From the NCBI RefSeq assembly GCF_009914755.1, contig NC_060939.1: 64,000 bases of DNA; one strand, 5' to 3'. The position numbers and the translations under genes are program-made. This DNA comes from the human T2T-CHM13v2.0 reference genome, Homo sapiens. Below the pieces are notes generated by a model. That model was not told where the DNA came from. It made no database searches and saw nothing but the letters and a program-made list of their open reading frames with translations. This document shows positions 54,371 to 64,000 of this stretch, one piece after another. Positions within the stretch are counted from its first letter, which is position 1; every line of letters starts with the position of its first letter.

Positions 54371-56517
54371 CAATATCACTTTCTTAATCTGCCATATTTA
54401 AAGGATATAAGGTTCCTTTATATGTCAATTAAAACAAACCTGTTGGTCATCTTCTATTTATCCATATCCTTTATAACTTTCATCTAGGAAATATGTCTGA
54501 TTCTGAAATATAAGTCTATTGAAAATCTCAAAATTATACTTATGTCACTGTTCATGGATTTATCTGTACTGGGTGTTAATTTATCCATGCAGTACTTTAT
54601 ATTAAAATCATATATGTATGTATTATATAAATAATATATAATATTTTGAATATTTTTAAACTTTATATAAATGGTGTAATTTTTTATATATTTCTGCAAT
54701 TTCTTTTTTAAAAAACAAACATCCCACCAGAACCCATATTTAATAACATGCAAATAAAATAAGAATATTTTCAGAATGATTTAAAGCAAGCAGGAAAGGA
54801 TCTGACATACTTAAATTGAAAGGATAAACATTTAAAAAATGCAAATAATTTTATCAAGCAGAAATGGTTCCTTTTCAAAGAAAAATAGGCAGGGATATTA
54901 AAATATTAAACTGATATAGTTTCCAAAATAATCCAATAAAACAAAAATTCCCCTATGCATGCTTAAGCATAGAACATTCTTTGAAAGCTACACAGCAAAA
55001 ATTCATGAGAATAATATTTTATTCATAGTTTTCCTTTTCAACTATTCTTTGAATAGCTCTTGTACACATACAACAGAACTACAAGCTCATAAATAATGAG
55101 TTTCAGTTTTTATGTATAGATTGTAATTATTGAAGCAATTATGAGAGGAAATCTGAGGCCACAATATTAACACCAAATGAGAAACATAGTGGATTGTTCC
55201 CCACATTGATATCAGAGAGAGCAATTGAGTTGTGTCTTTATCCAACATAAAAATTACTTGATGCTGAGCAATTATAATGAACAATTTTAGTTTGGAACCT
55301 AATTTCTACTGGTATTAAAGATTCAGATATCGTAACAGAAAGAAAATAGTCATCACTAATAGTGTAAGCTGTTTTTTTTGTTTCCCTTTTAGGAACTTTC
55401 CACTATTTTTCCCTCAACTTTCTCATGTTCTGACAAAAGATACTTAAATTTGCAATATTTTAAACTTATTTTCAGCATGCACAATCCTGATTTTAGAAGT
55501 TTATCCATTTAATGATAATGTGTACAATACTCAATCATTTTTCTATCCTCATCATGCTCCCAAAGGTTATCCAATTAAAAAAAATTCCCCACTATAATAA
55601 CTGAGAAATTTACATTAGGAAAATAAGCAGTGAGAAAAAAAATTACATATCTGAGAATAAAGATCGCAAGATATAAAAGTTTCTCTGAAATTAAAAAAAA
55701 TATATTTAGGCCACAGATTTAAGGAACCATATGGGAATGACTTGCAATTCATTTTATGTAAACAGAGAAGACAACATTTATTGGCACAATTTAATATGTA
55801 GATTAGTTTCTGCATAAATAGTTTAGAGTTGCGTGATTGGTATATCAAAGAGAGATAAATATAATTTTAGTAGATGCCTTGAAGTTTGGAAAGGTCTTCT
55901 GTAAGTGGCATATTTGCTTATTTGCTGTTTAATAGCAAATTCAAGGTCTGATGATGTGACATGTGATAACAGCCTTTAGATGCCTCACCCCAGGCAGCCT
56001 CCTGTACCCCTCTGGTCTGCCTTCCCCACTGGTCTGTGCTATCAGCTGCATTATTCAGTTGCCCATTAAGTGGGAATCAAATCTGTGTCATTAAGGAGCC
56101 CCAGGTCACAATAAGCCTTCATTACTTTGCTTATAGCAGTGTGGCTTTATTTTGAATTGGACCACTGATTAATACTGTCCAGCTCCTGTTATACTGATGA
56201 GATCATTATTTAACCTTACACCTTCTGAGGCTATCAGTTACACATCAGAGAAGCCTTGCCTTGCATTCCCCTTGCCAGAAAAATATTTTCTTTGGGAGTT
56301 CCAGAAGCCAACTTTGTCCCAGTTCTTACAACAAAATTTCCTCCTCTCTGCCCCACCTGCAAGGCTGGCCTCACGTAAACAGCCAGCCTTGGTCTCGGCC
56401 ACCAGGGCCTTCGCAGCAAAGACGTGCCCAGGGGAGAAAAATTCAATTTGTACTTTTCACTCAACTTTATATTTGTGACATGCATCCACAGGCATAATTT
56501 ATTTACTGTCACTGCTA

Positions 56518-56833
56518 TTTATTTGTTTATTTTTAATTTTAATTTTTATTTTTGAGACGGAGTCTCGCTCTGTCGCCCAGGCTGGAGTGCAGTGGCCCAA
56601 TCTCGGCTCACTGCACGCTCCACCTCCTGGGTTCATGCCTTTCTCCTGCCTCAGCCTCCTGAGTAGCTGGTACTACAGGTGCCCGCCACCACGCCCGGCT
56701 AATTTTTTGTATTTTTAGTAGAGACGGAGTTTCACCGTGTTAGCCAGGATGGTCTCATCTCCTGACCTCGCAATCCACCTGCCTCGGCCGCCCAAAGTGC
56801 TGGGATTACAGGCGTGAGCCACCGCGCCCGGCC
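56518..56833 (-). mobile_element. AluY
   Basis: Antisense dimer with ttcaccgtgttagccaggatgg. Confidence 0.95.
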
Positions 56834-57286
56834 CTAAATATTTATTTTTAATAGTTATGTAACAATTTAATTATCCATTTGCCTATTCACAAACAAATAT
56901 TGGTGAGTTTTCAGTATTACAATGTTGCCAGGAACACTTGTGTACTTGTCTTCTGGTGCACTTGTGTAAAGACTTCTCCAGGGCATATGTCTATGGGCTG
57001 AATTGCTGGTCGCAAGTTATGCACACCTACGGCTTTACTGGATATGGCTGGATTGCTCTCAAAATTATTCCCTTCAGGGACTCAAAGTGGCTACAACAGG
57101 TCCAGAAGTCATATTCAAACACTGCAACAGCCAAAAGAAAAGAGACAGTTTCTTCTGGTTCTTCTTAAGAATGAGAGAACCTTTCTCAAATAGCTTCCAA
57201 CAGACTTTGCTTCAAGACTGTTTGCTGGGATGAAGTCTTACACTCATTCTTAAAGCAGGCATTGGCAAATCAAACCCCATAGACCA

Positions 57287-57503
57287 CCAAGTTTTCTCAA
57301 CATCGGCACTCTTAACGTTTTGGGGCAGGTAAGTCTTTGTTGAAGTGCTTTCCTGTGCATTGTAGGATGTTAAACATCATCCCTGGCTTCTACCCATGAG
57401 ATGCCAGTAGCACCTCCCCAGATATGACAACTAAAAACGTTGCTAGATATTGCCAATGTCACCTTAGTAGGGGAGGGGAATAGCCTCTCATGAAGAACCA
57501 CTG
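57287..57503 (+). mobile_element. MER20 hAT DNA transposon
   Basis: ttctcaacatcggcact...tcctgtgcattgtaggatgtt...gatgccagtagcacc...agaaccactg. Confidence 0.88.
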
Positions 57504-58741
57504 GCTTAGTCTGATTATTTGGTAAGGAATAGATGGTGGGAATTCAACCACTGTGACCACTACAGACCCTGTGCTGGGTCAGTGCAGGATGCAAATGAAC
57601 CTTCCGGAACCCTGTGTTAAAATGCCTCCACATTGAACACCACTGCTTCTGCTAAATACTTCTTCCTAGGAAGTGTTAGATCCGTAGCTGTTTCTGCTTT
57701 TAGCCTGGCAGAGGATTAATTCCAGAATCTAGTGAGTGGCAGAAGGTACTCACAGCAATGAAACCACTTCAATTGTGCAGCTGTAGGACAGCAAGCTACT
57801 CAAGTCATCACAATATAGGCCTTGATTTCATTTTCAGGTCAAAATGTGATTGAAAATCAGGTCCTTATTTCCCTTTAGGTCCTGGACTCTTTTACATTCT
57901 TTTCTTCCAAGTTTCTTTAGAGAGCCTTGAAAATATTGCTGAATGTCAAAACAAGATGTTCCCAGTTCCCCGCCCCCCCGCCACCCTCCTAATTTATATA
58001 TAGCATGGGCTAATTTTCAGTCTTCTGTTTCAGTGACAGTGACATCCTGTTCCTAACAGGTGGCAGAGTTACAGTCAGCTTCTTTGCAGTTATGGAACCA
58101 TTATTTTAGGGCATATCCAGCCCTCCTAATTTATTTTATTAAATGAGGAGAAGACTCATCCCAGGGGGGCTGTCATAGCAGGTAGGTGAACTTTGGCTAC
58201 CTTGGCTTCTTGTGTCCCCTGGGCTTGCATATACTTGTAAACTCTGGGGAAGACTATTTGCTCCAGATGACACTGAATGGGGAACCCTCACATAGATCAT
58301 TCCAGCTCTTCTCTCTGAGTGCCCTCCCTGATCATACTGAGGATTCCGAACACTCATATTCAGCACAAGCTGCAGTAGATACTTTTTTAAGAGGCAAAGG
58401 ACCCACTCTTACATGCACACACAATCCTCCCCTTTTTTCTCCCACTCCTCACACTAGCCCAAGTCAAGATGTTTCTGAGCTCCTGCTGTATTCCCAGCCC
58501 TGTGCTCTGGGAGTAAGATTTGGTCTCGGCTCTCAAGGAACTCATGGAGCGGAGGGAGAGACCCCTGATGACAGTGCAAGGCAAGATTCATCAAATACGA
58601 AAAGCAGGTGCTATGGGCATCTTGAGGAAGGAGAGCTCCATGCCTGGGGTTCCCGGAACCAATGCTGGGAGTGGTTGAAAGAGAAACGGATTTGGGACTG
58701 ATGGGTTTAACTCACAGCACTCCCTCCTCCAGCTTTGTGAA

Positions 58742-59100
58742 TATATTAGTCCGTTCTCATACTGCTATAAAGATACTACCTGAGACTGGGTAATTTATAA
58801 ACAAAAGAGGTGTAATTGGCTCACAGTTCTGCATGGCTAGAGGGCCTCAGGAAACTTACAATCATGGCAGAAGGTGAAGCAAGGCACCTTATTCACAAGG
58901 CGACAGGAGAAGGACAGCGCAGGAGAAACTGCCACTTTTAAACCATTAGATCTCACAAGAACTCCCTCACTATCACGAGAACAGTATGGGGGAAAACTGC
59001 CCCCATGATCCAATCATCTCCCATCAGGTCCCTCCCAAGACACCTGGGGATTACAATTTGAGATGAGACTGTGGTGGGGACACAGAGCCAAACCGTATAA
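58742..59100 (-). mobile_element. THE1D/MSTA-type solo LTR
   Basis: tattagtccgttctcatactgctataaag...cctgagactgggtaatttataa...gggacacagagccaaacc. Confidence 0.9.
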
Positions 59101-59402
59101 GTGATCCTGAATGGAGTAGTTGGTGGTCATTTGACATTTTGATCCTTCTTTTTCTCATGTGCAAAGTGGGAACAGTAACACTTATTCATAAGGCTGATGT
59201 GTGGATGAAATGAAGTAATGGTTGTTAAAGTTCCCATTATGGTACTAGCTCAATAAAGTGATGTTCTGTTTAAAATATGAAGATGAGGAGTTCCCTACCC
59301 CTGGGAAAATTCACGAAGTAGTTTGGCAGTGTGAGTAATGCCCATAATAATTACTAACACTTCTTCAACACTTAATCATGTGCCAGGCACTATACTTACT
59401 GG

Positions 59403-60300
59403 TTCATTCATGCATTCCATAAATATTTACTAAGGACCTACTGCACGTTAGAGACACATCTAGGAGTTGAAGACAGAGCAGAGAACAAGACACTCAAAGC
59501 CCCTGTCCTTACCGCCCTTACAGTCTGGTGCTAGAGACAATTTACAAATTGCTGTTTCAGGAGTAATAAGCAAGTATGAGAAAACTAAAGCAGTGTAACA
59601 TGGCAGAGGGGGTCCAGTGGTACTATTTTAAGGTGAGGTATCCAGGGGGTGAGAGATGTACCAGAAGTGAGATGGGTGAAGTACGCAGATATCAGGAGAA
59701 TGATATCCAGCTCAGGGAGCACAAGGTTGTGGAGACAGCAAGGTGTCCCCTGAGCTGGAGGCAGTCAGGCCAGCGTGGCTAAGGCAGAAAAAGCAATGGT
59801 GAGAGAGGAGGGAGATGAGGCTGGAGAGGCAGCCAGGGGCCAGATAGGTGGGATGTTTTGGCCTTGGTAAGGACAGTGGATTCTACTGTAAATGTGGGAG
59901 ACCATTAGAAGATTGGAAGTAGAGGCTCATGGGCTGGCTAGTAATTTCAAAGTGTCCCTCTGGCAGCAGTAAAGGGATTAAGGGTGGGCGCAGGGAGAGT
60001 GGAAATGTCCAGTGCACAATCCAGGTGACCGGCTACTGGCTTGGACTAGGGTTGTGATAGGAGAGGCGAGAAGAGGTCCAGTCTCCTGTGGGATTGGATG
60101 TGGGGTGTGAGCAAAAGAGAGGAGGCAAAGGTTTTGGCCAGAGTAGCTGGGTGAACAACAGTGCCACTAACCAGTAAGAGGAACCATCAGGGAAGAGCAG
60201 GTTTGGGAAGTGGAGAATCAAGGTTTCCATACTGGCCACAATAAACTTAAGATTCTGTTAGACATAAAGATGTTGTGTAGGTGGTTGGAGATATGAAATG
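59403..60300 (-). mobile_element. L2 remnant
   Basis: Reverse L2 3' end ttcattcatgcattccataaatatttactaaggacctact, followed by purine-rich antisense L2 body. Confidence 0.75.
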
Positions 60301-60579
60301 AGTTCAGTTAATATGTGGTCACATATAAACTACTTAGTCCTCTTAAACTAAGGTACGTACTCCTATTATGCTCATTTTATAGATGAGGAAACTGAGGCAC
60401 AGCTTAAGAAAATTGAAACCCTTTGGTCCTTTCAGGACAAGGAGACATGGTTCATGAATGGAGCAGGTGGAAGAAGATGAAGGTTGTCCCCATCAAGTTA
60501 CTGGAGACACCAGTTGGAGCAAAGCAGTGACTATTTTAGATGCTGACTCCAAAAAAGTAAGGGCACAGATAGGACTCAT

Positions 60580-60943
60580 ATGTTGGAGGTGAGGCCTGAA
60601 GGGAGGTGTTAGGGCCATGAGGGTGGACCCCCTCATGAATGGCTCAGTGCCGTCCTCATAGCAATAAGTGAGTTTTCACTCTACTAGTTCCCATGAGAGC
60701 TGATTGTTAAAAGGGAGCCTGGCATCTCCCCACCTGCCTTCTCTCTCACCTTGTTGTGATTTGCACATACTGGTGCCCCTTCCTCTTCCACCATGAGTGG
60801 AAGCAGCCTGAAGCCATCACCAGAAGCAAATGCAGGTGCCTTGCTTCTTGTACAGGCTGCAGAACTGCAAGCCAAAGTAACCTCTTTCTTTATAAATTAC
60901 CCAGCCTCAAGTATTCCTTTGTAGTAACACAAGTGTTCTAAGA
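60580..60943 (+). mobile_element. MST (MSTB-like) LTR
   Basis: tgttggaggtgaggcct...ccctcatgaatggct...ctctttctttataaattacccagcctcaagtattcctttgtag. Confidence 0.88.
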
Positions 60944-62212
60944 AACTCCCCAACGCACAGCGTTTTTCAGGACTTAACATTGCCACCTAGCCCGCCAACG
61001 ATCTTTACCACCTCTCCAACGCCTTTCTCCTCTGTGGGTTCTGGGAAGGACCTGTTTACTGGGATGGCAGCCAAGAGGAGAAGGGAGAAGAGCTGTGCGA
61101 TGGTCTCCATGGCCAAAATCCCCTAGAATGAGAAGCATTTTCTAAGATCCAGAAGCCCATGACAGCACTGTCTACTTTAAGGCAAGCTGTCCCAAGAAAA
61201 GCAGGTAAGCTCATTAGTGAGGAGCTGGGTCTTCCTCAATATCTATATTCCTTCCTCAAGGTCTTTATTCCCTGTTTAGGAAGAAATTCAAACCTGCTCA
61301 GCCCTGGCATCTCCCACCGGCATCTCCCAGATGCCTGAGCAGGTCTGTGGCACTAAACTCACAGGAGCGAATAGTAGAAGAAATACGTCTTCCATCCTGC
61401 CCAAGCTCTGAAACCACCTTTTGTGTTTCCTATAAATGTATTCACTCTTTTCACTGGACAACCATGGAAACCAGTAGCAAAGGCATTTTGTTAAGTTCTA
61501 ACTCAAAAAGCTTAATCACATTTTGGCAGCTTTTCTCTATGACACAGACGCATAAACTTCATTCTCTCCCCTTTTGCCCCTCAGCTTTGGGTATTAGGCA
61601 TGTCTTAATAGACCAGCACAGCAGTTTAAAAGGAGAAAGTGTAAGCTTCCTGATACATTGGTTAACTCTGCTTCCATTCCTTTTGCAAACTTCTCAGCAT
61701 TTTCCGAGAGCAACCATCTTCCATGGATCGATATCTCCCTTTGGATCTGGAATCAGTAAGAGAGAGAACCTGTGAAATGCCATTCCTGAATAAAATATGG
61801 AAAGAGTTCATTCTGATTTTACTCATTTTTTACCATGCCAACTTCTCTCACATGTTGGAAGGATGTGTGCCCATGAAGGGGGGCTGATCAGGGGAGGAAA
61901 AGCAGGGAAGCCATCAAGACTGTGGAGGAATCAGAGCAGAGCAACGACTGTACAAAGAAGCAGCCAGCAAGCTGAGGCCAAGAAGGTCTGGCCCAGGCCA
62001 GACCAAGCAATAAAACCTGAAGGAAGGACTCTCTGTAGGGCAGTGGGACAGGGGGCAGATGTGATGGCGCAGAACAGAATGGCGAAGTTTCTGAGCCAGG
62101 CAATTTCAAGAAATCTGTAACAGAGGGACAAAGAATGAAAGGGAGAAGGAGCTATCCAGGAGAACAGGGCTAGTAGGAAGAATGTAAGAAATCTAGCAGG
62201 CTGGTGGCCAAG

Positions 62213-62431
62213 CAGTGGTGTGCTAGAATCTATTCATATTAGTACTGGCTCATGAGAGCCCATTGTTACATTTTCAGGATTTTTGTGAGCCACTTGACAT
62301 TAGGTTGGTTGCTGGAAATTGGCTATGTCGTATTCATACTACAGAAATTGATAAATGCTACAAATCCGGGTGCCCACCCACCTCTTGAAGCTCTCAATGG
62401 CCAGTTGTTAAAATTTACCAGCACACCACTG
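62213..62431 (+). mobile_element. MER63-like hAT element
   Basis: Terminal inverted repeats cagtggtgtgct / agcacaccactg. Confidence 0.82.
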
Positions 62432-62644
62432 GCTGCCAAACTCCTAGGCTCCAGTGGCTTAAAATCCCAACGATCTAAGAGATCCAACTTGAGAGGTGAA
62501 CTGGACAGCCTAGCCCCACCCCTTCTCTCCTCCTTGTGCTCTGAAGGGGCTGTGCCCAAGAGCATCAGAGAGGAAACTGCGATATGCCACCCACAGCCCC
62601 TGGGTGGGGACTCCCTGTAAAAGAGTAGTGATCACAGCCTAGAC

Positions 62645-62832
62645 TAGAGTTCTCAAAGTGGGGTCTCCAGACCACCAGCAGCAACATCACCTGGGAACTT
62701 GTGAGAAATGCAGATTCTCAGGCTCCTCTCCAGGCCTGCTGAATCAGGAACTCTTGGAGTAAGGCCAAGAAATCTGTGTTTTAACAAGCCCCACAAGCAA
62801 TACTGATGCTTGCCTGATTTCGAGAATCATCG
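62645..62832. mobile_element. MER5A
   Basis: gttctcaaagtg...catcacctgggaacttgtgagaaatgcagattctcaggc...aatctgtgttttaacaagc. Confidence 0.9.
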
Positions 62833-63047
62833 GGCGAGGTTGTGGTAATGATAGTTGGGTCCAATTTGTGAACTAAGACAAAAATTTAAAAATGTATCAC
62901 TGTGTCACAGTAAAGAGGATTGGAAAGATGGTGGGAGGTGGGTGCAAGATGGCCCAGCAAATGGTTCAGGATGAAGTCTTGAATTATGCAAAGGATTGGC
63001 AGGTTTTATGATCCCAGGTTGGGGAGGAGCTGATTAAGACCTGTGCT

Positions 63048-64000
63048 GGATAAAAACAGACACACAGACCCAGTGGAATAGAATAGAGAATCCAGGAACA
63101 AATTCATACATCTACTGTGAACTCATTTCCAACAACAGTGCCAAGAACATACATTGGGGAAAGGACAGTCTCTTCAATAAATGGTGCTGGGAAAACTGGA
63201 TATCCATGTGCAGAGGAACTAAACCAAACCCCTACCTCTCACTGTATACAAAAATCAAATCAAAATGGCTTACAGACTTAAATCTAAGATCTCAAACTGT
63301 GAAACTACTATAAGAAAACATTGTGAAAACTCTCCAGGACATTGGACTGGGCAAAGATTTCTTGAATAATACCCCACAAGCACAGGCAACCAAAACAAAA
63401 ATGGACAAATGGGATCACACCAAGTTAAAAAGCTTCTGCACAGCAAAGAAAACAATCAATAAAGTGAAGAGACAACCCACAGAATGAAAGAAAATATTTG
63501 CAAACTACCCACCTGGGTATCAATAACAGAATGTATAGGGAGTTCAAAAAACTCTACAGGAAAAAATGTAATAATCCAATTTTAAAATGAGCAAAAGATC
63601 TAAAAAGGCATTTTTCAAAAGAAGACATACAAACGGTAGGTATGTATATGGAAAGGTGTTCAACACCATTGATCACCAGAGAAATGCAAATCAAAACTAT
63701 AATGAGATATTGTCTCACCCCAGTTAAGATGGCTTTTATTCAAAAGACAGGCAACAGCAAATGCTGGTGAGGATGTGGAGAAAAGGGAATCATCATCCAC
63801 TATTGGTGGAAATGTAAATTAATACAACCATTATGGAGAACAGTTTGAAGCTTCCTCCAAAAATTGAAGATATAGCTACCATATATATGATCTAGCAATC
63901 CCACTGCTGGGTGTAAGCCCAAAGGAAAGGAAATCAGTATACTGAAGAGATATCTGCACTCTTATGTTTATTGCAGCACTACTCACAATAGCCAAGATTT
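63048..64000 (+). mobile_element. L1 (L1MA/PB-type) ORF2 3' part, running off the window
   Basis: ctcttcaataaatggtgctgggaaaactggatatcc...aagcttctgcacagcaaagaaaacaatc...atgtttattgcagcactactcacaatagccaagat. Confidence 0.95.

Overview
Primate (human-like; carries AluY, THE1, LTR9/HUERS-P3) repeat-rich genomic DNA. I see no intact protein-coding gene; the ORF track is mostly Alu/L1/LTR-derived or chance. The left half holds an apparently fossil gene cluster. There are two heavily decayed minus-strand remnants with SPATA31/FAM205-like motifs (~13340-17070 and ~20760-23310). They lie within an old inverted duplication, arms ~6707-12395 and ~18930-27612. The arms have an inner ~1.1-kb block of much higher identity (likely gene conversion). 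The left arm has lost the ~3.6 kb that would hold a third gene copy, next to an L1 fragment. A more recent ~0.8-kb inversion splits one AluY into two oppositely oriented halves that still share their target-site duplication (TSD). The right half is largely nested L1/MaLR/Alu/DNA-transposon debris plus a 3'-truncated LTR9/HUERS-P3-type ERV with PBS-Pro and gag remnants. Repeat subfamily names and SPATA31 motif matches come from recalled consensus sequences, and identities are eye estimates from short samples; all need computational confirmation.
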